DNA of 64,000 nt from the NCBI GenBank assembly GCA_018675975.1, contig JABGXB010000003.1, forward strand, positions 203,821-267,820, read 5' to 3'. The notes under the pieces were generated by a model. It saw only the letters and a list, made by a program, of their open reading frames with translations. It did no database searches and was not told the origin of the DNA. The position numbers and the translations under genes are program-made. Of the stretch, positions 55,458 through 64,000 are shown one piece after another. The first letter of the stretch is position 1. The number at the start of each line of letters is the position of its first letter. The DNA is from Candidatus Woesearchaeota archaeon (GTDB taxonomy: Archaea; Nanobdellota; Nanobdellia; Woesearchaeales; JABGXB01).

Positions 55458-56093
55458 TTACAAAGATTGTCTATAATTTTCTTTTTGTTCCTCTGGAAAC
55501 GTATATGCTGGATGATGTAAGTATGCAATAGGTAATTCACTAAAATTTTTTCTCATAAAACTCTCACTCCCCCTTCCAATACAAATAACACCCTTTGGAT
55601 TAAACATATCAATTGATTTTTTAATAAATTCTTTTGAAAACTCATAAGCCCCTTCATGTTTCATTATATCTCTAAATTTAACATTTCGTCTTCCATCTTC
55701 AACAACACCAAATGGAAAAACATTTGTCAAAAAATACTTAGAAAAAAAATCATCAAACTCATATAATTCTTGAATCATTGAAAATATTTTTGTTGCAGTT
55801 CCTTCAGTTTCAAGAACACCACTTAAACTTTTATATCCTAATTTATTTACTAAAGTATTTTCATCAGTAAAAGCAATACCAGTTTTATTACAACCCATCC
55901 TTCCTGGATTTAATCCAATAATTAAATTTCTACTCTCCTCTTGTTTAAAATCACTATAAAATTTATCTATAAAAAATTCAAATCTATCCCAATAATTAAT
56001 ATAAGGATTTTCTAATTCCCACGAATCAGGAAAACTATCAAAAGTTTTTACATCTATTAAACTTTTGTAAAGGGATAATATATCATATTTCAT
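55458..56093 (-). CDS. Uracil-DNA glycosylase superfamily protein (SMUG1/family-3-like)
   Basis: IGLNPGRMGCNKTGIAFTDE parallels the SMUG1 motif GMNPGPFGMAQTGVPFGE. FLTNVFPFG and a C-terminal HHPAY (HPSP-like) are present. Confidence 0.5.
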   Translation of the reverse strand: MKYDILSLYKSLIDVKTFDSFPDSWELENPYINYWDRFEFFIDKFYSDFKQEESRNLIIGLNPGRMGCNKTGIAFTDENTLVNKLGYKSLSGVLETEGTATKIFSMIQELYEFDDFFSKYFLTNVFPFGVVEDGRRNVKFRDIMKHEGAYEFSKEFIKKSIDMFNPKGVICIGRGSESFMRKNFSELPIAYLHHPAYTFPEEQKENYRQSL

Positions 56094-56144
56094 GTTAAAT
56101 CAAAAAATAATTTAAATATAAAGATTATTGTGATTAAAAGAAAA

Positions 56145-56215
56145 TGCGCCTGCTGGGATTCGAACCCAGGCCAGAAGCTTGGAAGGCTCCGATTCTACCA
56201 CTAAACTACAGGCGC
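56145..56215 (-). tRNA. tRNA-Gly (TCC)
   Basis: Acceptor GCGCCUG/CAGGCGC, D-arm GUUUAGUGGUAGAAU, anticodon stem GGAGC/GCUUC with loop CUUCCAA, T-arm CUGGG-UUCGAAU-CCCAG, discriminator A. Length 71 nt. Confidence 0.8.
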
Positions 56216-56292
56216 TTAACACATATCATTTTTATATACTTTTTATAAAATTAACTAAAGCATTTTTAAAGAGTATACATTTTTTTATATTC

Positions 56293-57339
56293 ATGATTCC
56301 TGAAAATATAATTGAAGATTTTAGAAATAAAATTAATGAATCTAAAAAACCATTAGTCTTTTTTCATGATGATGCAGATGGACTATGTGCGTTTTTACAA
56401 TTTATAAAATTCTCTACTGCAAAAACTAAAGGAGTTATGTTAAAAACAAGACCACAACTTGCAAAATCATATGCAGATATAATTAATGATTATAATCCTG
56501 ATCATGTTTTTGTATTCGATATTGCACTTTTTGAAGAAGAATTATTAGAAAAAATAAATATTCCTATTACATGGTTAGATCATCATGACATATTACATAC
56601 TAAAAAAATAAATTATATTAATCCCAAAATGTATGAACCAAAAGATAATTGGCCTGTAAGCTATTGGATGTATCAAATTACAAAAATTGATCCATGGTTA
56701 GCAATGGTAGGTTCACTTGCAGATGGAATGCTTCCACCAATCGAAAAAGAACTCTTATTAAAATATCCTGAATTAAAAATAGAAAAAAATGAACATAAAG
56801 AAAAAAGATTAAATTATTTATATCATTCAAAAATTGGATGGATTTACAAATTAATTAATAATTTATTAAAAGGAAGTGGAAAAGAATTAATGCAACATAT
56901 TAAATTATTAAAACAAATTAATTCACCATATGAATTAACTGAACAAAGTACAGTTATTGCAAAATATTTAATTGAACAAAATCAAAAAATTGAAAATGAA
57001 TATGAAAAATTAAAAGATGAATTAAATAAATTAAATTATAATAAATCATTAATACCATTCATATATGAAACTAAAGGACTTTCTTTTACAAAAGAAATTG
57101 CAAATGAATTATGTCATAAATATCCAAATAAATTAATTATTGTAGGAAAGAAAAAAAATGGCTTAATTAAAATGTCTTTAAGATGGAATAAAGACATTAG
57201 ACCAGTTCTAAAAAAAGCTTTATTAGGTTTTGATAATGCATGGGGAGGCGGACATAGTTTTGCATGTGGTTGTTGTGTTAAAGAAAAAGATTATCAAAAA
57301 TTTGAAGAAAACTTATTTGATCAAATAATAAGTTATTAA
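56293..57339 (+). CDS. DHH/DHHA1-family phosphoesterase (NrnA/RecJ-like nuclease)
   Basis: FHDDADGLCA (DHH motif I-II region), WLDHHD (DHH motif III) and C-terminal DHHA1 WGGGHSFACG (GGGH). The track ORF began at 56179 inside tRNA-Gly, so I moved the start to the Met at 56293. Confidence 0.7.
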   Translation: MIPENIIEDFRNKINESKKPLVFFHDDADGLCAFLQFIKFSTAKTKGVMLKTRPQLAKSYADIINDYNPDHVFVFDIALFEEELLEKINIPITWLDHHDILHTKKINYINPKMYEPKDNWPVSYWMYQITKIDPWLAMVGSLADGMLPPIEKELLLKYPELKIEKNEHKEKRLNYLYHSKIGWIYKLINNLLKGSGKELMQHIKLLKQINSPYELTEQSTVIAKYLIEQNQKIENEYEKLKDELNKLNYNKSLIPFIYETKGLSFTKEIANELCHKYPNKLIIVGKKKNGLIKMSLRWNKDIRPVLKKALLGFDNAWGGGHSFACGCCVKEKDYQKFEENLFDQIISY

Positions 57340-57783
57340 TTATTTATTTGGACAAGTCATACAACGTCTTATTCCACCACTTCTTGCCATATTACAACAA
57401 GCACCATAATTACCTGAAGAACTTGGTCCATTCCCACTAGAATAATTTGAACTTGGTGTAAATGTTCCTGACACTTTATAATCTGAAGGTTGATGACTAG
57501 TTGGACTAGCTTGAGGTGCTAAAGGAGTCGAATGATTAGAAATATTTCTAGAATTTATATTAGAAAAATCACTATTAGAATTATGTGAAACTTTTTGAGG
57601 TCCACTCAATTCCAAATTAACTTTTTTATTAGTAGTAGGAATAATTTTTTCTTTAATTATTTTACCATCTGGTTTATATTCCTCTTTTTCAACAATTACT
57701 TCAGTTTCATTTTTTTTAGAACTATCACTATTTAAATAAAATCCATCGAATTTCTTTTTAAATAGATTATTTGAAACTGTCAT
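57340..57783 (-). CDS. Hypothetical S/N/P-rich protein with a C-terminal Cys-rich tail
   Basis: 147 aa, low-complexity, with the C-terminus GNYGACCNMARSGGIRRCMTCPNK (5 Cys in 22 aa). Confidence 0.4.
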   Translation of the reverse strand: MTVSNNLFKKKFDGFYLNSDSSKKNETEVIVEKEEYKPDGKIIKEKIIPTTNKKVNLELSGPQKVSHNSNSDFSNINSRNISNHSTPLAPQASPTSHQPSDYKVSGTFTPSSNYSSGNGPSSSGNYGACCNMARSGGIRRCMTCPNK

Positions 57784-57891
57784 TTTTTATGCGCGTATAT
57801 ACTATAATGCATTCATTATTTATAAAAGAAAATTAAAAAAAAGGTCATAATATGTGACAAATGTGACATAAATCCCATTATTATAAAAAAA

Positions 57892-58332
57892 TTATTTATT
57901 TTTAAGAATTAAACTTCCAGATTCAATAGGATAATCATGAGGAGTTATAATCCCATCAACACGTGATAAAGAATTAATATTAAGTAAACGAGTATAATTC
58001 ATAATAAGCATATCAAAATGAGTGGTTTTTTCTTTAGTTTCACCTAAAAAACTATAATGTTTATTCCCATTTGGACTCATACCATGATTTGACCATAATC
58101 TTCCTGGAAAAAGTGATCGCGTTAAATATTGCATAAAATTCTTTACTATATCATCATGAATACCATAATATTTAGGAAAATTTTCAGCTATAATAACTTT
58201 TTCTTCCCGAGTTACCTCCTGAAAGAATAAACTATCTAAGCCATTAAAATCACGAGATTCTTCACATAAACAAATTTGATAAAAACCAAAATTACTAAAA
58301 TCTATTTTTGTTTCTTTTAAAAGATTTGACAT
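57892..58332 (-). CDS. Hypothetical protein (146 aa)
   Basis: No recognisable motif. Confidence 0.4.
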   Translation of the reverse strand: MSNLLKETKIDFSNFGFYQICLCEESRDFNGLDSLFFQEVTREEKVIIAENFPKYYGIHDDIVKNFMQYLTRSLFPGRLWSNHGMSPNGNKHYSFLGETKEKTTHFDMLIMNYTRLLNINSLSRVDGIITPHDYPIESGSLILKNK

Positions 58333-58405
58333 AAAACCACCTAAAAATAAATATAATAATATCTTAATAAATATTATTATTAAACAATAGATATAAACAA
58401 AAAAC

Positions 58406-60463
58406 TTATTCTAAAGGAAGACCATCCCAACTCTTATACTCTTCAGTTTCATTTATACTTTTTGGAGTATTAAATGTAGTTGAACGTGAAGTAAATCTTT
58501 CCATTCCATAAGTAACCCAAGTATTTTTAGAATCAATATATTTTAAACCTGCATCAGCATTATCAATACTTCTCATTGGAGCATCAAAAGCTCTCCACAT
58601 ATTCATTTGTTGAGCGCTTAAATTACCAACTTTATCTTCATAAGCCTCTGTGTTTAAACTCAATGGACCCTTAGTTAAACCCTTTACAGCTTTAACAGCA
58701 TTTACAACTTGTAAAGTACCCTCTCCAATTGCAACATGAGTATGTCCATTAAAACCATCAACAATATGCATATTACCTATTACATCAGCCTCGGCTAATC
58801 TTTTAACTTGATCCATATACCAACGATCAAATCTTTTTTTATATGCCTCATCAGATTCATTTTTTTTAGGCTTAAAATGTGCACGCCACATACCTAAATG
58901 TTGAGTGTCCAAAGTAGATCTAATTGAATGAGAAGCAATTTTTGCAGCTTTAGATTCATTCATACCACCACCTTTTAATTTTTCAATTAATTTTTTTCTT
59001 GACGTCAAAACAAGATCTTTCATTTCTTCTAAATGAGAACCATATCCACCTTGTGGAAAAATATTTTCTGGCGCCATATAAATTGGACGTTCTAAAGCTT
59101 GACCCGAATCCATTTTTTCTTTAGTTTTTTTATATGCATAATAACCCAATTCACTAAGTGTTTCAGTAGCAGTATTAAAACCATGTTCTTGTACAGTTTC
59201 TAAATTATTAAATTGTTCAAATCTATTATGAGCCTCACGAATAGCCTGCTCCACTTGATCACCATGTAAAGAAATTGTACCATTTAATTTACTAAGTTCT
59301 CTTTTTAATTCCTCCGATTGCCAAATTTTAACTTCAGGATTTAACTGATCTTCAACTTTTAATGATTCAGATAATTGAGGATTATTTTTAGCACTTTCTT
59401 CAGCTTCTTCATACAAAGGAATTTGTTTTTTTAAAATGTCACGTCGCACTATCATCTGACGTAATTCATGATCATAACGCTCAACATTAGCTTTTGATGC
59501 CCTAAATTGAGGCTCAAATGCATCAATTAGCATTGCACGCTCAGGATTTATTCTATCCTCAGTAATTTCATATTCAGGCATATTAAAAATCTTTGAATAA
59601 TTATTTAAAACATCTTTATACTTTTTTTTAAATTTATCCTTATCTTTATCAGATTCATTCTCATACCAAAAAATATCTCTCTTTTCAATTTTTGGAACAA
59701 CATCATATTTCATTTCATCAGTTTTTCCATCTTTTAATGCTTCAGAATATTTATCTACCCATGATTTCCCATCATTTTTTATAACTTCAATTTTTTGATT
59801 TTTATCAAAATTTAGGGCAACTTTTCCATTTTTTTTATCAACAAAAATAATTCCCTCTCTATAATCTTCTTCGCCAGTTTTACCAGTTTCCAATAATGGA
59901 AAAAATTCCCCACCACCATGTTGTTTTTTTTCATGCCCAAAAGTTTTCCATGTTTTTCTTGGAAATTCATTAGTGTGAAAAACAATAGCACCACCTTGTA
60001 AATCTGCAGCCAAATCAACATGTTTTTTAATTTCTTGTTTTGTAAAATCTAATTGAGCTTCATTAAACCCTTTCTCACCACTCCATCCAGTAACATTCCC
60101 AACTTTTTCAGGTGGAACATGAATTGAATGAATTTTTGCATCATTTAATCTTAATAAATCACGAACTTGTTTTCTAGATTCAGTACCAATAGATTCAGTA
60201 CCAATACCAGGTTCACCAGAAGCTTGAGGAGTAAATTCAATAGAAGTCGTACCATTCCTCAATGCAGCACCTACAGAATTAATAATAGTTCCCTGACCTT
60301 TACCATCAACAATCGTTGAACCTAAATCTCTTGTGGTAAACATTGGAACTTCAATTAATTCTCTTTCTGGTTCCTCATAATCATACTTATCAGTACTTTG
60401 AGAAAAATAATTAATTCCTTTCATAAAACAATTAATGAATAGAAGTATAACTATACCATGCAA
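58406..60463 (-). CDS. Large protein with a split xylose-isomerase-like TIM-barrel (AP-endonuclease-2 fold) signature and a ~300 aa insertion
   Basis: N-terminal region IEFTP...KIHSIHVP...VDLAADLQGGAIVFH is sugar-phosphate-isomerase/EndoIV-like. C-terminal IRSTLDTQHLGMW (DTxH) and NMHIVDGFNGHTHVAIGEG (HxxD...H..IGxG) match EndoIV-like metal sites. A helical insertion lies between them. Confidence 0.45.
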   Translation of the reverse strand: MHGIVILLFINCFMKGINYFSQSTDKYDYEEPERELIEVPMFTTRDLGSTIVDGKGQGTIINSVGAALRNGTTSIEFTPQASGEPGIGTESIGTESRKQVRDLLRLNDAKIHSIHVPPEKVGNVTGWSGEKGFNEAQLDFTKQEIKKHVDLAADLQGGAIVFHTNEFPRKTWKTFGHEKKQHGGGEFFPLLETGKTGEEDYREGIIFVDKKNGKVALNFDKNQKIEVIKNDGKSWVDKYSEALKDGKTDEMKYDVVPKIEKRDIFWYENESDKDKDKFKKKYKDVLNNYSKIFNMPEYEITEDRINPERAMLIDAFEPQFRASKANVERYDHELRQMIVRRDILKKQIPLYEEAEESAKNNPQLSESLKVEDQLNPEVKIWQSEELKRELSKLNGTISLHGDQVEQAIREAHNRFEQFNNLETVQEHGFNTATETLSELGYYAYKKTKEKMDSGQALERPIYMAPENIFPQGGYGSHLEEMKDLVLTSRKKLIEKLKGGGMNESKAAKIASHSIRSTLDTQHLGMWRAHFKPKKNESDEAYKKRFDRWYMDQVKRLAEADVIGNMHIVDGFNGHTHVAIGEGTLQVVNAVKAVKGLTKGPLSLNTEAYEDKVGNLSAQQMNMWRAFDAPMRSIDNADAGLKYIDSKNTWVTYGMERFTSRSTTFNTPKSINETEEYKSWDGLPLE

Positions 60464-60599
60464 ATAGATAACGTTTTTTTTTTAATATTGTTTATAAGTA
60501 ATCTTCTGGTTTAATCATAGTGAAACCTGTAGCTATCAATTATTTATATATTTCAAATATAATAACAATGATTATAAAAACAAAATAAATTTTCTATTT

Positions 60600-61271
60600 A
60601 TGATTTTAGGAATTGATGAAGCAGGAAGAGGTCCAGTAATTGGTCCAATGGTTATGGCAGGAATTTTAATTAATGAAAGTGATGAAATAAAACTAAAAGA
60701 ATTAGAAATAACTGATTCAAAATTAGTAAATAAAAAAAAAAGAAAAATTATTTATGACATTATAACAAAACAGTTTAAACATCAAATTGAATTAATAACG
60801 CCAGAACAAATTGATGATAAAAGTAAATATAATTTAAATGATTTAGAGGCAATCACAATTGCAAAACTAATTTATTCTTTAAAACCAACAATAGTTTATG
60901 CAGATTGTCCTTCAATTAATCCAAAATCATTTAATGAACAATTATTAAAAATTTTAAAAGAAATGTCAAAAGATGATAAAGATTTTTTAATTCCAAAAAT
61001 AGTTTGTGAACATAAAGCAGATATAAATTATATTTCAAGTTCTGCAGCTAGTATTCTTGCAAAAGTAAAAAGAGATGAAATAATTGAAGGCTATAAAAAA
61101 GAATATAATATAGATTGTGGTTCAGGTTACCCAGCAGACAAATATACTGTTGAGTTTTTAAAAAATAATATTAATGATCCTAAACTCAGAAAAATCATAA
61201 GAATGTCTTGGGGAACTTCTAAAAAATTATTAAATCCAGATAAAGAAATTCAAAACAAGTTAATTTTATAA
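60600..61271 (+). CDS. rnhB: Ribonuclease HII
   Basis: MILGIDEAGRGPVIGPMVMAGI (catalytic DEAGRG), downstream DSK and ADxK residues. Length 223 aa. Confidence 0.85.
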   Translation: MILGIDEAGRGPVIGPMVMAGILINESDEIKLKELEITDSKLVNKKKRKIIYDIITKQFKHQIELITPEQIDDKSKYNLNDLEAITIAKLIYSLKPTIVYADCPSINPKSFNEQLLKILKEMSKDDKDFLIPKIVCEHKADINYISSSAASILAKVKRDEIIEGYKKEYNIDCGSGYPADKYTVEFLKNNINDPKLRKIIRMSWGTSKKLLNPDKEIQNKLIL

Positions 61272-61293
61272 GATAAATTAACAAATAATAATT

Positions 61294-61995
61294 ATGGAAT
61301 TATTTTATTGGACTTTTCTTGCATTATTAATATACATTCTTATTGGACATATAACAAAACATATGAGAGTTTATTGTGATGATGGAAGTCATTGGGATAT
61401 ACATTTACATTCATTTGCAAGTGGAGTACTTTTTGCAGCATTATTTTTTAAATTCTTTTTTAAAATATATACAAATTCAAATGTAATATTAAACATTTTT
61501 ATTGCAATAATAACATTTACAATATTTTATGGATTAAATCATTTTTTAATATACCATAAATATACAATTAAAAAATTTCATAAAATTGCAGTAGAATTTA
61601 AAATATTAAGATTTTTATTAGATTTTTTCCAACATTTTGTAATAGGTGGGATTTTTGGACACATAGTTATTACTAATAATATTGATGCAATTTTTTTAAT
61701 AATACCATTATTATTTGTAAAATTAATTTCAAGTATTGAAAAAGCAGACATATTAATTAAAAATAAAAAAACAAAAGAAACATTTGAAGAATATTTTATG
61801 AGCTTTATTACATTAGCTGGATTTATTATAATCAGTCAAATTAATATTTTAGAAATTTATTTTTATTTTGCATTAGCTTTTGTAACGGGTGGAATATTTT
61901 ATTCTATAATTTCACAAATATTTTCTAAAAGAAAAGTAAATATATTTTATATGATTGTAGGAGAAATTATATACGCTTCATTAATGTTTATTTAA
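61294..61995 (+). CDS. Hypothetical polytopic membrane protein
   Basis: About 6-7 TM helices and no motif. Confidence 0.45.
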   Translation: MELFYWTFLALLIYILIGHITKHMRVYCDDGSHWDIHLHSFASGVLFAALFFKFFFKIYTNSNVILNIFIAIITFTIFYGLNHFLIYHKYTIKKFHKIAVEFKILRFLLDFFQHFVIGGIFGHIVITNNIDAIFLIIPLLFVKLISSIEKADILIKNKKTKETFEEYFMSFITLAGFIIISQINILEIYFYFALAFVTGGIFYSIISQIFSKRKVNIFYMIVGEIIYASLMFI

Positions 61996-62040
61996 AAAAC
62001 TAATAATCATGTTTTTAAATAGAAAAAATGTCTGAAAAAT

Positions 62041-62754
62041 ATGAATATTTCACAAATTAATAAAACCATATATCAAGATAAAATTAATTCTGAAAGGTTA
62101 ACAAAAACTAATAAAAATAGATTTGATTTAATTAATAAAATTACTATTGAAACAATAAATAAGTTAAATGAAAATAATTTAAATATAGTTGATATTGGTT
62201 GTCGTGATTGTTCTTATTTTGATAATATAAGTAATATTAATACAAATAAATTAATTGGAATAGATAATGTAAAAAAATTCATTGAGCTTGGAAAGAAAAA
62301 AGGATATGATATTATAGAACATGATCTTGAAAAACCATTACCATTAAAAAATAAATCAATTGATATTATTAATTGTCAACAAGTAATTGAACATTTATTA
62401 GATACTCAAGAATTTATTAGAGAAATTCATAGAAAATTAAAAATGAATGGATATTTATTAATTGGAATACCTAATTTTAATAGTTTTGCAAGTAGAATAA
62501 GATTTTTGTTTGGATATAGGCCATTACAATACAGTCCAGTATTACAATGGTCCTTTGGCAATCACAAAAGTATGTTTAATTTAAATGATATTAAAAAATT
62601 ATTAATAGATAATAATTTTAAAATAGAAAAAATTTATGGACTTGATTTATTTTTATCTTTAAAAAAATATAATAAAGGAATTAATTTGAATTGGTTAGCA
62701 AAATTATTTCCAAGTTTAGCACAAAAAATAATTATTATTGCAAAAAAAGTTTAA
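62041..62754 (+). CDS. Class I SAM-dependent methyltransferase (Methyltransf_11-like)
   Basis: Motif I VDIGCRDCSYF, motif II/post-I DNVKKFIELG, motif III IINCQQVIEHLLD and NGYLLIGIPN. Confidence 0.65.
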   Translation: MNISQINKTIYQDKINSERLTKTNKNRFDLINKITIETINKLNENNLNIVDIGCRDCSYFDNISNINTNKLIGIDNVKKFIELGKKKGYDIIEHDLEKPLPLKNKSIDIINCQQVIEHLLDTQEFIREIHRKLKMNGYLLIGIPNFNSFASRIRFLFGYRPLQYSPVLQWSFGNHKSMFNLNDIKKLLIDNNFKIEKIYGLDLFLSLKKYNKGINLNWLAKLFPSLAQKIIIIAKKV

Positions 62755-63353
62755 TCTAATTTTTTACCCATTAAATAATTTGAAAATTCTATTGCTTTAT
62801 GGAAATCAGTTAAATTTAATCTACCTTTATTTGAAATCCATTGAATTTGTTCTCTTGGTAATAAGTTATTATAAAATAAATTTTCTAATTTATATTCATC
62901 TGGAATTTCAAAAGTTAATTCACTCAAACAAGACTTAGAAGCACTTCCATTCTTTTTATGTATACTCAAATAAATTTTATCATTAATTCTTGAAGCAACG
63001 TGAAAATACAATCCACTATCTTTTTTTATTGAAGTTCCAAAAGAAGCCCAAGTATCCCCTTTAAAAAATTCCGAATGTAATAATTGTGAATCGCCTTCAC
63101 ACTGATATATTTTGTAATGTTTTTCAACTTTGAAACTTTTAGCTTTACCAGCTAAAGTTGATTTTATTTTATAATGTAATTTATTTTTACTAAAACCACT
63201 ACATTCAGTAGCAAAAAAACCATAAAATTCTCTTGGTCTAAATAAAGTAGAAACAGTTTCTAATACTTCATCTAAACTTGGACGAGAATATGATTGATAA
63301 CCATTATTAGAATTGAAACTAAATTTACTTTTAAAATAATCTAATATTTCCAT
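62751..63353 (-). CDS. Hypothetical protein (200 aa)
   Basis: No recognisable motif. Overlaps the methyltransferase stop by 4 nt. Confidence 0.4.
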   Translation of the reverse strand: MEILDYFKSKFSFNSNNGYQSYSRPSLDEVLETVSTLFRPREFYGFFATECSGFSKNKLHYKIKSTLAGKAKSFKVEKHYKIYQCEGDSQLLHSEFFKGDTWASFGTSIKKDSGLYFHVASRINDKIYLSIHKKNGSASKSCLSELTFEIPDEYKLENLFYNNLLPREQIQWISNKGRLNLTDFHKAIEFSNYLMGKKLD

Positions 63354-63406
63354 AAGAACAAAGAATATTATGATTTTATAATGATTATTATAATAAAATA
63401 TAACAA

Positions 63407-64000
63407 TTAAAAAAATCTAATATCTCCAACTAAAAATAAACCAATACTATAAGACATTGTATTTTTTAATTCTTTTAAATCTTTAACTCTTGATTCTTTA
63501 AATCCATTTGGAATAGTATCAAAAACATAATCTAAACTATATCTTTTAGGTAAATTTAATTCAACAGTCATATTTTGATCAGGATTTAAATTACCTTTAC
63601 TAAATGGACTTTTAATTAAACTCATCTCAATTGTATCTTCTGTTCTTAATGCATAACTAATATTAATACAACCATCAGAAATAATTTGTTGTCCTATTAA
63701 AATCCAATCATTATTATTTACACAAAAATCAAGTCTATTAGGGGAAGTTTCTTCAGATTCTATACCAATAATTGTAGACTTTAAAAAGTTTAATTTTTCT
63801 AAATTATTTAAAAAACGACAATAATTCATATTTTGAGTAACCCTAAAATAATCATGAGATTCTGGAAAATAAACTTTTCTAAAATTATCATTAGCTTCAA
63901 AAACCTGTGTGCCCAAATTCTCTAAATAAATGTTTTCTAAACTTGGCCTATCTATAAATTTAGTTGAATTTAAAGCAAACTTTAATAATTGTTCAATCAT
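63407..64000 (-). CDS. Hypothetical protein (possibly N-terminally truncated by the window edge)
   Basis: 197 aa ORF whose Met codon coincides with the last 3 nt of the window. No motif. Confidence 0.35.
   Translation of the reverse strand: MIEQLLKFALNSTKFIDRPSLENIYLENLGTQVFEANDNFRKVYFPESHDYFRVTQNMNYCRFLNNLEKLNFLKSTIIGIESEETSPNRLDFCVNNNDWILIGQQIISDGCINISYALRTEDTIEMSLIKSPFSKGNLNPDQNMTVELNLPKRYSLDYVFDTIPNGFKESRVKDLKELKNTMSYSIGLFLVGDIRFF

Noticed and set aside
56179-56292. N-terminal 38-codon extension of the DHH-family ORF
   Set aside because: It overlaps tRNA-Gly(TCC) on the opposite strand and has no similarity to DHH proteins. The Met at 56293 gives a normal DHH N-terminus.
1-64000. CRISPR arrays, integrase/recombinase genes, transposases or IS elements
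   Set aside because: I found no regularly spaced short direct repeats with unique spacers, and no recognisable tyrosine or serine recombinase or DDE transposase motifs. The only repeats found are the protein-coding tandem repeats, the 29-bp direct repeats and the partial gene duplicate at 53.4-55.5 kb.

Overview
This is an extremely AT-rich (~25% GC), gene-dense archaeal chromosome segment. The gene content is unmistakably archaeal and looks like a small-genome DPANN-type (symbiont-like) archaeon. Archaeal markers include PCNA, aIF2-gamma, aIF-1A, ribosomal proteins L37ae, L15e, L35Ae and S6e, RNAP subunit P, KEOPS Pcc1, prefoldin-beta, CDP-archaeol synthase, RNase J and RNase HII. I also called a DRG GTPase and four tRNAs (Cys-GCA, Arg-TCT, Pro-TGG, Gly-TCC). 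Housekeeping metabolism includes scattered pyrimidine genes (class-1-like PyrD, two tandem PyrE paralogs, PyrG), a divergent PurA, several peptidases (PepD, PepF, SppA, a C39-like peptidase, a DUF45 hydrolase), and DNA repair and nuclease genes (UDG family 4, a SMUG-like UDG, TatD, a DHH/DHHA1 nuclease). The accessory content I found most notable is listed here. (1) A six-gene minus-strand operon (41.1-46.2 kb) encodes three paralogous pilin-like proteins with near-identical N-termini and two paralogous polytopic membrane proteins with long coiled-coil tails; I read this as a candidate uncharacterised surface-filament or attachment module. (2) A ~2 kb islet (53.46-55.46 kb) bounded by ~30-bp direct repeats next to tRNA-Gly carries a C39-like peptidase, an AbrB/RelE toxin-antitoxin pair and a circularly permuted, truncated second copy of the neighbouring UDG-like gene. 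(3) A wHTH-MNT/HEPN pair. (4) A HemK-type methyltransferase fused to a Bud32/RIO-like kinase domain. (5) A SET-domain lysine methyltransferase. (6) A small protein resembling a voltage-sensor domain. (7) Large secreted proteins with tandem repeats, and an ORF6N-domain protein. No CRISPR array, integrase or transposase was detected. All functional calls are based on motif recognition by eye. No database search was run.
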